64,000 nt of DNA from Smithellaceae bacterium (GCA_963667845.2 CAXXVL010000002.1:3415961-3479960); one strand, 5' to 3'. Shown: positions 22,281-32,462, counted from the first letter of the stretch. Made by a program: numbers and translations. Notes: a model not told the origin generated them from the sequence alone.

Positions 22281-22562
22281 ATGAACAAATCCGGTCTTAT
22301 TGAAGCTTTGAGCAAGAAGCTTAATTTAACGGAAAAAAAAGCAATCGATGTCGTTAATCTTGTTTTTAAAGGCTTTACCGATGAGCTGAAAAATGGCGGT
22401 CGCATCGAAATTCGCGGATTCGGCAGCTTTGTTGTTAAAGAATACGGTTCCTATACGGGGCGGAACCCCAAGACCGGCACCAAAATCAAAGTTGAGCCCA
22501 AGAAACTGCCCTTCTTTAAAGTAGGCAAAGAACTTAAAGACAGAGTCGATAAGAAAAAATAA
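22281..22562 (+). CDS. ihfB: Integration host factor subunit beta
   Basis: RIEIRGFGSF, GRNPKTG, PFFKVGKELKDRV. Confidence 0.85.
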   Translation: MNKSGLIEALSKKLNLTEKKAIDVVNLVFKGFTDELKNGGRIEIRGFGSFVVKEYGSYTGRNPKTGTKIKVEPKKLPFFKVGKELKDRVDKKK

Positions 22563-22586
22563 TAATCCTGCAAGTGTTGTCATAAT

Positions 22587-22622
22587 AAAGAAGGGGACTT
22601 GGTATCAAGTCCCCTTCTTTTT
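22587..22622. terminator. Bidirectional intrinsic terminator
   Basis: AAAGAAGGGGACTTG-GTAT-CAAGTCCCCTTCTTT between convergent ihfB and sodB. Confidence 0.9.
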
Positions 22623-22681
22623 ATTTATAGCTCTGATCAAGTGCTTTTTGACCCTTAAACCCGGGCGTGACCCGCTCCGGA

Positions 22682-23275
22682 TCACCCTAAATTGGCATTC
22701 ACAAAATCCCAGTTAATGAGTTTTCCGATAACAGCGGCCAGGTAATCCGGCCGTCGATTCTGATAGTCAAGATAGTAAGCATGCTCCCAGACATCGATGG
22801 TCAGCAGAGCCTTCTGCCCGTGGGCAAGCGGGTTATCGGCATTCGGCGTCTTGGTGATCTTCACCGCATCCCCCTCCTGGATAAGCCACGCCCAACCGCT
22901 GCCAAACTGAGTCGTTCCGGCATTCTTCAATTCTTCAACGAATTTTTCGTAGCTGCCGAAGGCGGCATTAATTTTCGCAGCAATGGCCCCCGTGGGTGCC
23001 CCTCCGCCCTGCGGTTTGAGGCATTTCCAGTAAAAGGAGTGATTCCACACCTGAGCGGCATTGTTGAAAACGCCTGCTTTGGCGGGATCTTTGGCAGCAA
23101 TTTTAATGATCTCTTCGAGCGCCTTGCTCTCCAGATCCGTCCCCGCAATCAGTTTATTGAGGTTATCGACATAGGCCTTGTGGTGTTTCCCGTGATGAAA
23201 CTCCAGGGTATTCGCGCTAATGGTTGGGGCCAGCGCATCTTTCGCGTAAGGAAGTTCGGGTAAGATTATCGCCAT
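22682..23275 (-). CDS. sodB: Fe superoxide dismutase
   Basis: HHGKHH, FNNAAQVWNH, QFGSGWAW, DVWEHAYY. Confidence 0.95.
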   Translation of the reverse strand: MAIILPELPYAKDALAPTISANTLEFHHGKHHKAYVDNLNKLIAGTDLESKALEEIIKIAAKDPAKAGVFNNAAQVWNHSFYWKCLKPQGGGAPTGAIAAKINAAFGSYEKFVEELKNAGTTQFGSGWAWLIQEGDAVKITKTPNADNPLAHGQKALLTIDVWEHAYYLDYQNRRPDYLAAVIGKLINWDFVNANLG

Positions 23276-23348
23276 ACTATTTATCTCCTTTCCGTATTAT
23301 TAGATAACTAGTATAGGCAGCCTCTAAGCTTTGTCAAATTTTAGTTCG

Positions 23349-24284
23349 CTATGTCTCTCCCGGTGCTTGCGAACCGATACCGCCAAGCACCCTGAATTTA
23401 AGCCAGATGGAATTCAGAAACATGAAAACGGAAAAAATCAAGGCGGGCACAGCAGCTTCGTTACTGAAAATATACAGTGCAATACCGCCGGCCAGACCGT
23501 AATTTTTCATGGTTCCCAGAAGCAGCAGCGACGAAAGGGTCGCAGAGGGTATTTTATAATGTCTGCCGATAAGCACCAGGGCGAGTGTAATTAAGAAAAC
23601 GGTGGCAAAGGCGATAATTGAAATTAAGACAATATCCGCCGGCCACTGGCGGATCAAATGTGCGTTACGGGATGCCAGGGCGTAAAATACAATAAAAAAA
23701 CAGATATCGGAAATCATTCCCTCATGCGTTTCTATCCCTCTGTCCCAGTTTCGGTCGACAATGACCCGGGAGAGAAGGAGAGGCAGCGCGATCAGCGCTA
23801 TGGCCAGAACAATGAGCTTGTCGTAATGGATGGGGATAAATTTGAGAAACGCGACTCCGATCAGGGGCGTCAGAATAAGCGCACCTAAATACGTTCCGGC
23901 AAAACCGGCCATCGTTATCATTTTATCCCCGTTTAATTTTTCTCCCAGAGGCACAATAGCCACTGCGGGGGGAACCGCCGCAATCAGAACCAGACCGATC
24001 CAGAATTTTTCATCGCGGATTAAGAAAATGCTCCCCAGAATAATCAGGTTTCCCAAAATCAGGTAGTTCATCAGGTTGCCCCAGAGCGCTCCGGAAAGAA
24101 GGCTTCTGGGTTCCTTGAAAAATCCCCCGGGAAAACGCAGGAGGGTTACGGTGAGCATGATCGCCAGAGCCGGTAAAACCAAAAAATAAGCCCAGGAAGC
24201 GGCCTGGGGCAAAAAAAGCCCCAGAAGAATTGCGGCAATAAAAAGCAGATTGGAAGTCGTCGCAAAAATTCTGATTACCGACAT
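23349..24284 (-). CDS. Bile acid:Na+ symporter (BASS)-like membrane transporter
   Basis: About ten hydrophobic segments; AAVPPA and GTMKNYGLA motifs. Confidence 0.65.
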   Translation of the reverse strand: MSVIRIFATTSNLLFIAAILLGLFLPQAASWAYFLVLPALAIMLTVTLLRFPGGFFKEPRSLLSGALWGNLMNYLILGNLIILGSIFLIRDEKFWIGLVLIAAVPPAVAIVPLGEKLNGDKMITMAGFAGTYLGALILTPLIGVAFLKFIPIHYDKLIVLAIALIALPLLLSRVIVDRNWDRGIETHEGMISDICFFIVFYALASRNAHLIRQWPADIVLISIIAFATVFLITLALVLIGRHYKIPSATLSSLLLLGTMKNYGLAGGIALYIFSNEAAVPALIFSVFMFLNSIWLKFRVLGGIGSQAPGET

Positions 24285-24290
24285 GGCGCT

Positions 24291-25118
24291 TTACCTCCGC
24301 GGAATTGAGAGTTTTTTGAATGTGAAAATCAATAACAGGAAGCAGATATTCATGAGGACAATCATTGCCCCCGCGGGTAAATTCAATAGGAAAGCAAACA
24401 CGATGCCGAAAAGAACCGCTAAGACGCCAAAGCCTACGGAGGCAATCAGCGTCTTTCGGAAACTTACGGAAAGCTGCAGCGCCGTCATGGCGGGTAAAAT
24501 CAACAGGGACGAGACGAGCATGATGCCGGCAACTCTCATCGCGAGAACGGCCGCAACGGCGGTCAGCAGAAAAAGAAGGATGTTGATCCGTCCTGTCCTG
24601 ATGCCCATGCTCGCGGCCAGTTCCTGATCAAAGGTTACCGCGAACAGGTCGTCATAAAAATAGACGACCACGGCGACGACGATCAGAAAAACAATGAAGG
24701 CAAGGAGCAGCTCGGTATTGTTAACGGTGAGAATGTTTCCGAAAAGATAACTGAATAAGTCGACGTTAAAACCTCCGGACAGACTGGCCAGAATGATGCC
24801 CGCGGCAATCCCCAGAGACGAAACAATGCCGATGGCGGCATCGGAATTGATCTTCCTCGATGAGGTTAATTTATAAATCGCGAGGGAGGAAATGATGACC
24901 AGCGGCAGCGCCGCCAGAGTGATATAAAAGGGGCTGACGCCGATCAGAAGGACGACGGCAACACTGCCGAACGTCGTATGAGCCAATCCGTCGCCGATGA
25001 GGGAGAAACGCCGCAGAACGAGAAACATGCCTAAAAGCGACGATACGGACGCAATCAGAACACCGGCAATCAGCGCCCGTTGAACAAAGCCATAATTGAA
25101 GATATCGAGCATCTCCAT
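24291..25118 (-). CDS. znuB: Zn/Mn ABC transporter permease
   Basis: LRRFSLIGDGLAH, YLFGNIL, FDQELA. Confidence 0.88.
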   Translation of the reverse strand: MEMLDIFNYGFVQRALIAGVLIASVSSLLGMFLVLRRFSLIGDGLAHTTFGSVAVVLLIGVSPFYITLAALPLVIISSLAIYKLTSSRKINSDAAIGIVSSLGIAAGIILASLSGGFNVDLFSYLFGNILTVNNTELLLAFIVFLIVVAVVVYFYDDLFAVTFDQELAASMGIRTGRINILLFLLTAVAAVLAMRVAGIMLVSSLLILPAMTALQLSVSFRKTLIASVGFGVLAVLFGIVFAFLLNLPAGAMIVLMNICFLLLIFTFKKLSIPRR

Positions 25119-25855
25119 CAGATCTTGCTCCCTGTTTGATCATGCTGATGACAGATCATGTGCTGGCTCGCCGTGCCGAAAAATCCGGTCATGTCCGGGG
25201 ATGAACAAAAGTCGCCGAAAGATCCGAGGAAGATGATCTTCTTGTCCAGGTAGAGAAGATTCCGGGCGTACTGACCGATGACCCCGATATCATGGGTCAC
25301 CAGAATAATCGTTGTTCCGTCCGCCCGGCTCATCGCCCGGGTTAAGGAATAAAATATCTCACGGGTTTCAGGATCAAGCGCCGTCGTGGGTTCGTCGAAG
25401 ATAAGCAGTTCGGGCCGTCTCAAGAGCGCCCGGGCCAGCATGGCCCGCTGCTGCTCGCCATAGGACAGTTCGCCGATCAGACGCGAGGCCAGGTGACCGA
25501 TCGCCATCTTTTCCAATGTGTGCGCGAGCATTGCCGGATCTTTTTTAGGCAAACCCATTTGGACGATTTCCTCAACCGTGCCCGGAAAATGAGCGTTTAA
25601 TGCACTGAGCCGCTGCGGCAGATAACCGATTTTCCCCCATTCACGAAAACTCTGAAGCGGCTTGCCGAACAATTCCACGTGTCCCTTTTCCGGCTTTACG
25701 ATACCCAGAATGTTTTTGACGAGCGTACTCTTCCCCGAGCCGTTCGGGCCGACAATGCCGAGATAGTCTCCCGCGTTCACCGCGAACGTGATGTCGCTTA
25801 GCACATCCATACCGTCGTACCTGAACGTCAAATTATCTACGCGGACTACCGGCAT
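25118..25855 (-). CDS. znuC: Zn/Mn ABC transporter ATPase
   Basis: GPNGSGKST, GYLPQ, LSYGEQQR, DEPT, VTHD. Confidence 0.88.
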   Translation of the reverse strand: MPVVRVDNLTFRYDGMDVLSDITFAVNAGDYLGIVGPNGSGKSTLVKNILGIVKPEKGHVELFGKPLQSFREWGKIGYLPQRLSALNAHFPGTVEEIVQMGLPKKDPAMLAHTLEKMAIGHLASRLIGELSYGEQQRAMLARALLRRPELLIFDEPTTALDPETREIFYSLTRAMSRADGTTIILVTHDIGVIGQYARNLLYLDKKIIFLGSFGDFCSSPDMTGFFGTASQHMICHQHDQTGSKI

Positions 25856-26820
25856 TGCATCCCCTTTTTAAGGTTGACAAGATTTCTTTCCATGAGAGCA
25901 ATAAATGACACGCCGCTTTGCCAATCGTTTTTGCTGATATCATGCCCGTTATTAAGTTTGAGAAGCCCCGCTCCGGTTTCTTCGGCAATAGTCCTGGCAA
26001 GCCTCGGCGCCGCCAGGTCTTCATAATAGATGTACGAGAGCTTTTGTTTTTTGACCTCACCCATCATGGTCAAGATCTGCTGCGGCGAAGGCTCGGCATC
26101 CGCCGACATATTGTACGCCGCCATGTATTCCAGATGATATCGTTTCGCCAGATACGCAAAAGCCCAATGGCCGCCATGAAGAACAGTTCGCGTTTTGCAG
26201 TTTGACAATTGTTCCCGATATTCTTTATCGAGATCCATCAGCTTGACTTTATAGGATTGAGCATTTCGCTTATAAGTCTCGCCGTTTTGCGGATCCTTGT
26301 TGATGAAGGCCGCCGCGATGGTATCGATCATCTTCTGCGCGTTGTCAAAATCAAGCCAGATATGGGGATCAAACTTAGCCGCCTGCACATTGCCCTTTTC
26401 CGGATGAGGAGACGGGTGATCTGCATGATGCTCATGTTCCTCGGACAGGGGGATTAAGAAAGTGCCCTGCCCCGCCTCAACGGCCAGCATATTCGTCTTT
26501 TCGGCAGCCGCACCGATAATCTTATAGGCCCAAGGCTCCATTTCAAAACTGGTAAACAGGAAAATATCCGTTTTGCTGACCCGGACGATATCATCGGGTC
26601 TCAATTCATAGTGATGAGCATCCGCCGCGGGCGGTAAAAGCATTTTGACCGACACTTTATCGCCACCGACATTGCGGGCAAAATCATACAGCGGGAATAT
26701 GGTGGCCGTCACCTGCAGGCGGGTGTTGATTCCTCGCGGCTCCTGATTGGGCTTACAGGACAGCAGCAGGAAAAGACCGACGATCAGCACGAGAAAAAGC
26801 TTTTTGGCGGACAGGGTCAT
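25846..26820 (-). CDS. znuA: Zn ABC transporter substrate-binding lipoprotein
   Basis: Lipobox LLSC, DAHHYE, His-rich loop HEHHADH, DPHIWL, EPSP. Confidence 0.88.
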   Translation of the reverse strand: MTLSAKKLFLVLIVGLFLLLSCKPNQEPRGINTRLQVTATIFPLYDFARNVGGDKVSVKMLLPPAADAHHYELRPDDIVRVSKTDIFLFTSFEMEPWAYKIIGAAAEKTNMLAVEAGQGTFLIPLSEEHEHHADHPSPHPEKGNVQAAKFDPHIWLDFDNAQKMIDTIAAAFINKDPQNGETYKRNAQSYKVKLMDLDKEYREQLSNCKTRTVLHGGHWAFAYLAKRYHLEYMAAYNMSADAEPSPQQILTMMGEVKKQKLSYIYYEDLAAPRLARTIAEETGAGLLKLNNGHDISKNDWQSGVSFIALMERNLVNLKKGMQCR

Positions 26821-27290
26821 AGCCGTTTCTTTCCCGGGTGATTTTGCAACCTTGTTGCACGGAGGCACCCGTTACAAAGCCCCGAAATATTGATTTCGAT
26901 GTGCTCAACACTATAGTTGTCGCGTGCCGCCATCAACTGACGCGCCTGGGAAAACGTCAGCGGCGTGAGGCAGTTCAGTGTCCCGCAACTTTTACAGCTG
27001 AAGTGCGGATGCACCGGATGATCCGACGTTGCCATTTCGACATAAACCGCACCGCCCGCCGAAAGAACGTCCCGGATAATGCCCTGCTTCTTGAAAAGGG
27101 AAATAATCCGGTAAACGGTCACTTTATTAATGCGCGTATGTTTTTCCAATCTCTCGCGAATGACACCCACGCGGAGCGGTTGATCGGCTGCTTGCAGAAT
27201 CTTCAGGACGGCCCGGCGCTGCGGCGTTTGGGCAATCCCCGCCTGCCGAAGCGTTTCTATCGCAGGAGGTTTAGTCATGCTTTTTTTCAT
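26817..27290 (-). CDS. zur: Fur-family regulator, probably Zur
   Basis: TPQRRAVL, TVYR, HPHFSCKSCG, GLCNGC; heads the znu operon. Confidence 0.8.
   Translation of the reverse strand: MKKSMTKPPAIETLRQAGIAQTPQRRAVLKILQAADQPLRVGVIRERLEKHTRINKVTVYRIISLFKKQGIIRDVLSAGGAVYVEMATSDHPVHPHFSCKSCGTLNCLTPLTFSQARQLMAARDNYSVEHIEINISGLCNGCLRATRLQNHPGKKRL
26845..26859. promoter_or_regulatory. Second Zur-type box inside the 3' end of zur, upstream of znuA
   Basis: TGCAAC-CTT-GTTGCA, same architecture as the box at 27310. Confidence 0.65.
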
Positions 27291-27309
27291 GGTATGCCCG
27301 TGTACCAAA

Positions 27310-27328
27310 ATTGCAACCGGGTTGCAAT
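27310..27328. promoter_or_regulatory. Zur-type operator
   Basis: ATTGCAAC-CGG-GTTGCAAT about 20 bp upstream of zur; resembles the deltaproteobacterial Zur consensus ATGCAAC-N3-GTTGCAT. Confidence 0.8.
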
Positions 27329-27467
27329 ACATATAAATTCGCCGGCAAAAACCATCTGCGCAATTATTGCAGTATTATTTTGTCAATTTCATACAGGAAT
27401 GTTATAAAGATACGGACAAATATTTGCCGGTTCAAAATCGAAGGCAACCTTCAAAGGAGGACGACTG

Positions 27468-28004
27468 ATGAAACCGATTGGACCCTTAATGTGGGAGCAT
27501 CGTCTGATTGAAAAAATGCTGGTGGCGATGATGCGTCATATGGATAAAGCGGAAGCCGACAAAAGCGTCAACCCCGTGATCATCGACACGGCCGTTGATT
27601 TCGTCCGGACCTATGCGGACCGCACGCATCACGGCAAAGAAGAAGAAATCCTGTTTCGGGACCTTGCAAAAAAGGAACTGACCGCCGATCTCAAAAGAAT
27701 CATGCAGGAATTGATTGACGAACACATATGGGGCAGAAAAACAACGGCGCAGATCGTCGCTGCCAAAGAGGCCTATTTATCGGGTGATGAAGGGAAACTC
27801 GCCGACATCATTCATTTGGCCCGGGAGCTGGGCGGTTTTTATCCGAGGCACATTGAAAAAGAAGACAAACACTTCTTCTATCCCTGCCAGGAATACTTCA
27901 ACAAAGATGAACAGGAAAAGATGCTGGCCGAATTCTGGGAATTCGACCGCAAGATGGTCCACGAAAAATATAACAAAGTCTTTGAATACTATACCGGTCT
28001 ATAA
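27468..28004 (+). CDS. Hemerythrin/HHE domain protein
   Basis: EHRLI, HHGKEEEILF, EH, HIEKED. Confidence 0.88.
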   Translation: MKPIGPLMWEHRLIEKMLVAMMRHMDKAEADKSVNPVIIDTAVDFVRTYADRTHHGKEEEILFRDLAKKELTADLKRIMQELIDEHIWGRKTTAQIVAAKEAYLSGDEGKLADIIHLARELGGFYPRHIEKEDKHFFYPCQEYFNKDEQEKMLAEFWEFDRKMVHEKYNKVFEYYTGL

Positions 28005-28080
28005 ATCATTGGTGCTATTGAAGTGCGTCTAACGCTGCTTTGTATACCTTTCGCATCTCGACGATGACTGCAAATCCTCT

Positions 28081-28151
28081 TAGAACAAGGGGTCTCGCCA
28101 CCCGAATGGGTGGTTGCAACCACCACCGAAGGGTGGCAGTCCCTTGTTCTA
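28081..28151. repeat. Nested palindrome (REP-like)
   Basis: TAGAACAAGGG...CCCTTGTTCTA outer arms enclosing GCCACCC/GGGTGG hairpins. Confidence 0.7.
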
Positions 28152-28302
28152 TTGTCATGCTTACTAAATCTGCCTAAAAGAATTTCCGATGCAAGCACTG
28201 GCACAGCCTGTCAACCAAACGGGAAGACTTCAGCAATGCACAGAAGAACGGTCGCTTCCACCCCTAAGGGCGACGCGGCCGTTCCCTGCATTTGGATGGG
28301 AA

Positions 28303-28956
28303 CTAATACCGCCAGCCGAAGAAACCGAAAGCCAGGATATTCATGAAAACCGGAACGGCATAGATGATTCCCACGGTCGTTATCTTGGCCTTCATTGTTT
28401 TGAGGCTGATGACCAGTATGGCAAAGCAGAAGAAGTGGAAGTAACCGATGAAGAAGACCAGCCAGATGCCTTTAAAAGATAAATACCAGAAGGGATACTC
28501 CCACACCAGGTGCCCGCCCAGATTCAGAACGCATTCAATGAAAACACAGAAGATGCTGTAGCCGATGGCCCAGAACCATTTTTCCGGAACGCCCAGAATT
28601 TTTTCTTTTTTGCTCTCCGAAAGGGTATTGTAATAAATGATGCCCAGGAGCATGAACATGAACATGATTTCAATATTCCAGCCCACCATCGTCCGGAGCG
28701 CGGTGTCGCCCGGTGTCGTCCAGAAAGCGGAACGCCCCGTGATATTCAAGACCCACCCGTTCCAGGTCTCGTTAAAAAAATCTGCGCCGAAGATGGTTAA
28801 ACCGGCCAAAAAAGCGTTCCAGTCACCGGATTTTTTCGCGTCTTTGATTTCACGCGTATACACATAAAAGACAATTGCCATAAGCGGAATCACGTACCAT
28901 TTAATCATGGAAAGGTCGCGCAATCCGCACAGGGCCTGCTGGGTTGCTTCGGTCAT
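28303..28956 (-). CDS. Hypothetical membrane protein
   Basis: 217-aa multi-TM ORF with GGAGG RBS. Confidence 0.75.
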   Translation of the reverse strand: MTEATQQALCGLRDLSMIKWYVIPLMAIVFYVYTREIKDAKKSGDWNAFLAGLTIFGADFFNETWNGWVLNITGRSAFWTTPGDTALRTMVGWNIEIMFMFMLLGIIYYNTLSESKKEKILGVPEKWFWAIGYSIFCVFIECVLNLGGHLVWEYPFWYLSFKGIWLVFFIGYFHFFCFAILVISLKTMKAKITTVGIIYAVPVFMNILAFGFFGWRY

Positions 28957-29017
28957 GGTAACCTCCTTGCAAGTGTTAACGGTGAAAGCGTGAATGACGG
29001 TTCATGAAATATTTACA

Positions 29018-30571
29018 TTACTGAGGCAATTTAATTTTTTGTCCTAAACACAGGACATCTTTATCTGCCATATTATTGATTTTACGCAATTCGTCGACGG
29101 TCATTTTGCAGCTCTTCGCGAGAGAGAAGAGCGTATCGCCCTTTTTGACCGTATAGCTTTTCAAAGGCCCGGCGGCGGCGCGTTCCGGCTCGGCAGCCGG
29201 GATGAGAATCTTCCGGCCGACATAGAGCGGATCGGTTATTTTCAGGTGATTCAGTTTTAAGAGTATTGCCAGCGTCGTTTCATGCCTCCTCGCGATGGCA
29301 TTCAAATTGTCGCCGCGTTTGACGCGATAGGTCGCCGTTTTTAATGAACGCTCCGAATCCGCCGTCTTCTTTATTGCGGGAAAGTCTTTCTCCTCCGGTT
29401 TAGCCGCGTCCTCGGTTGACGCCGCAACCGCTGTCCCGGAGAAATAATTGGCAACCGAAGCGGCAACCGCTTGCGCGATTGTTTTCCGGAAGCTGTTCTT
29501 CTTCAACAGACGTTCTTCCTCGGCATGGGAGATAAACGCAGTCTCCAGAAGGACCGCCGGCGTATCCAGCAGCTTCAACACACGGAAAGGCGCTTCATGA
29601 AAGACGGGACATTTCAGGTACTGCACGCGGCCCACTTGATCGAGTAAATCCGCGGCAAATGTTTTCGATAGATTGATCGTGTTGGTTTGAAACATATTCA
29701 GGATAATCTCGTCGGACTGATTATTGCCCTCTCCATTGGGGACACCGCCGACGATATCGGAGAGGTTTTCGTTGTTGGCCAGTAATTTCGCAGCTTCATT
29801 ACTCGCCGCCCCCGTGGAAAGACAATAAACGGAACTGCCCCGGGCCTGCCGGTTTCTGGCCGCGTCGGCATGGACACTGATAAAGAGGCTCGCATTGGAC
29901 AGCCTGGCGACATTCAGGCGCTTGCTGAAAGACACATAATAATCTCCATCGCGGGTTAAGACCGCATAATATCCGGGCATAGCGTCAATCGCTTTTTTGA
30001 TTTCGCGGCTCATGGCCAGAACGACATGTTTTTCATACGTTCCGTTTTTACCCACGGCACCGGGGTCTTCTCCGCCGTGGCCGGGATCAATCACAATCAC
30101 TCTTTTCTTCACGGACGGTATGATGCGCGGCCTGACCGCCTCTACTTTGGCGGCCGGCTCCACGATAATGTCTACAACGATGCGATCAGGCTTATCGAGA
30201 ATTTTTTTGAGCTTGAATACTTCGGTGGTCAAATATTCCGTGAGGGCAATTTCAATCTTACAGGTGTCATCGTCCGCCGTCGAAAAGATGATTTTGCTGA
30301 CGCCTGGTTTTCCGACCATTATTTCGCCGGCCAGAGAGGGATGAAATGACGCGCCTCTAAACTCAAGAGTCAGGATATTGTCTCTAAGGTAAAACTGATA
30401 ATCCGGTTCGGCGCTGAGATCAAACACTACGCGCGTGTGATCGGGCGCGGCCCAGTGCCGGACTTTGGATATTTCAGTCGCAGCGTATCCGTATGCAGAC
30501 CATAAGACCAGGACAAGAATTGCCAGGCCGTATAATAGGTACTTCGTTCCCCTTTGCGCAACTGATTGCAT
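29018..30571 (-). CDS. N-acetylmuramoyl-L-alanine amidase (AMIN + Amidase_3 + 2 LysM)
   Basis: TRVVFDL, IDPGHGGEDPGA, FISVHADA, LLETAFIS, two YxVKxGDxL LysM repeats. Confidence 0.93.
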   Translation of the reverse strand: MQSVAQRGTKYLLYGLAILVLVLWSAYGYAATEISKVRHWAAPDHTRVVFDLSAEPDYQFYLRDNILTLEFRGASFHPSLAGEIMVGKPGVSKIIFSTADDDTCKIEIALTEYLTTEVFKLKKILDKPDRIVVDIIVEPAAKVEAVRPRIIPSVKKRVIVIDPGHGGEDPGAVGKNGTYEKHVVLAMSREIKKAIDAMPGYYAVLTRDGDYYVSFSKRLNVARLSNASLFISVHADAARNRQARGSSVYCLSTGAASNEAAKLLANNENLSDIVGGVPNGEGNNQSDEIILNMFQTNTINLSKTFAADLLDQVGRVQYLKCPVFHEAPFRVLKLLDTPAVLLETAFISHAEEERLLKKNSFRKTIAQAVAASVANYFSGTAVAASTEDAAKPEEKDFPAIKKTADSERSLKTATYRVKRGDNLNAIARRHETTLAILLKLNHLKITDPLYVGRKILIPAAEPERAAAGPLKSYTVKKGDTLFSLAKSCKMTVDELRKINNMADKDVLCLGQKIKLPQ

Positions 30572-30814
30572 GTCCGAAAAGTAACAAATTTCCGGGCCAA
30601 CTGCAAGGAAAGGATTATTGTCCGAAGGATGGGTAGACGAAATGATCCGCCGGTAATTCGTCCATTGATGTTAACGGGGTGTGACAATAGATCGTCGCGG
30701 GGCCTGACAGCCGAAAGTGTCGGTCTCACTGATCCGTGCTGCGAAAATCAGTTGACAACCTCTTTTGTAAATGTAAATTGTGAGCGCACCAGTAAGGAAT
30801 AATGTGGATTGACC

Positions 30815-32368
30815 ATGCAGAAATATCGATTCAAAGAGGCGCTGTTGAATCCATCCGTATTCCCGGTCACCTGGGAATTGGTGCCGGGAAGGGGTGCAAA
30901 AGAAGCAGCGCAGGACAGAGCCATCGCCCAGGCCGCGCAGGCGGCCGCCGGCGGAAAGGTTTGCGCCCTGACGCTCACGGACAATCCGGGCGGCACCCCC
31001 GCCATGTCCGCCGATTTCATGGGCGTTGAAATTCTCAAGCTGGGTATCGAGCCTCTCGTTCACTTCACCTGCAAAGACAAGAACCGCAATCAGATTGAAA
31101 GCCAGCTCTATGCGCTGGACCGGGCCGGCGTCCGCAATCTTCTCATCATGAGCGGTGATTATCCCGTATCCGGATATCAGGGAAGACCTGCCCCGGTTTT
31201 TGACCTGGATCCGATTCATGTCCTTCAATTGGTAAGCGACATGAACCGCGGACTTGAGTATCCGGCAATCAGGGGGGTCGTTCATCACCAGCCGAGCGAT
31301 TTTTTTGCCGGCGCCGTTGTCTCTCCCTTCAAAGCGACTGAAGCGGAACAAATGAGCCAGTATTTCAAATTGCAGAAGAAAGTCGAAGCCGGTGCACAAT
31401 TCATCGTTACGCAACTGGGATATGACGCCAGAAAGTTTCATGAAGTGCTGCTTTTCATGAAACAAAGCAATTTCAATATCCCTCTTATCGGAAACATTTA
31501 CATCCTTCCGTTCGGCGCAGCCAAAATGATGAACCGCAATGACCTGCCCGGCTCCGTGGTTACCGATAAGCTGCTTGCCCAGCTGGATCAGGAGCGCAAT
31601 GATCCCGACAAAGGCGAGGGGGCCAGAATCCTGCGCGCCGCCCGGATGTATGCGATCCTGAAAGGCATGGGATTTGACGGGGTCCACATCGGCGGTCATA
31701 ACATCAGGTATGAGCAGGTGGAGGAAATTACCCGTCTCGGCGAAACGCTCACTCCCGAGTGGCCCCACCTCATCCACTATTTTGATTATCCGCTGGATAA
31801 CGGATTTTATTATTTTGAGCGCGACCTGGCGACTGGGCTCAACAGCGTAAAGGCCGCGTCGCGTCAATCCCGGCCGCTCGATGCCGACATCGAATGCACA
31901 TACGGATTTTCGCGGACATTTCACCAACTGATGTTCGAACCGGGGAAAAAGCTTTACGGTATGATGAAGAAATTGAGTCATCGAGTGCAGGGTTCAAAGC
32001 TGGAACATTTTTTTCACAAGACGGAACACTTAAGTAAAGTTATGCTCTTTGACTGCCGGGACTGCGGGGATTGCGCACTTATTGATGTCGCCTACCTGTG
32101 CCCCATATCGCAGTGCCCGAAAAACCAGCGCAACGGCGCCTGCGGCGGTAGTTTTCAGGGCTGGTGTGAAGTCCATCCCGGAAAGAGAAAGTGCGTCTAT
32201 GTCCGCGCATACGCCCGTTTAAAGAAGCACGGAGAAGAAATGCACCTGCGCGAAGTTAACGTTCCCCCCTGCAACTGGGACCTTTATCAGACATCTTCCT
32301 GGATCAATTATTATCTGGGTAAAGACCATACCTCTAAGAAGCAGTCGCAGAATTCCCCCGGAAAATAA
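30815..32368 (+). CDS. metF: Methylenetetrahydrofolate reductase with fused Cys-rich C-terminal domain
   Basis: TDNPGG, HFTCKDKNR, SGD, KKVEAGAQFIVTQLGYD; C-terminal CRDCGDC..CP..CPKNQRNGACGG..CEV..CVY. Confidence 0.85.
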   Translation: MQKYRFKEALLNPSVFPVTWELVPGRGAKEAAQDRAIAQAAQAAAGGKVCALTLTDNPGGTPAMSADFMGVEILKLGIEPLVHFTCKDKNRNQIESQLYALDRAGVRNLLIMSGDYPVSGYQGRPAPVFDLDPIHVLQLVSDMNRGLEYPAIRGVVHHQPSDFFAGAVVSPFKATEAEQMSQYFKLQKKVEAGAQFIVTQLGYDARKFHEVLLFMKQSNFNIPLIGNIYILPFGAAKMMNRNDLPGSVVTDKLLAQLDQERNDPDKGEGARILRAARMYAILKGMGFDGVHIGGHNIRYEQVEEITRLGETLTPEWPHLIHYFDYPLDNGFYYFERDLATGLNSVKAASRQSRPLDADIECTYGFSRTFHQLMFEPGKKLYGMMKKLSHRVQGSKLEHFFHKTEHLSKVMLFDCRDCGDCALIDVAYLCPISQCPKNQRNGACGGSFQGWCEVHPGKRKCVYVRAYARLKKHGEEMHLREVNVPPCNWDLYQTSSWINYYLGKDHTSKKQSQNSPGK

Positions 32369-32462
32369 CCGGACACTAAAAACCATCTTTCTGCCTTCTT
32401 TTTCACATGATGGAATTTATTCATTGAAGATTACGCCCGGATATAGTAGAAGCACCGGGCAT

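Noticed and set aside
28026..28032. GTCTAAC resembling an integron attC R'' box
   Set aside because: No complementary GTTAGAC-type R' box at a suitable distance, and no integrase.
30671..31981. 436-aa minus-strand ORF
   Set aside because: Antisense shadow of metF.
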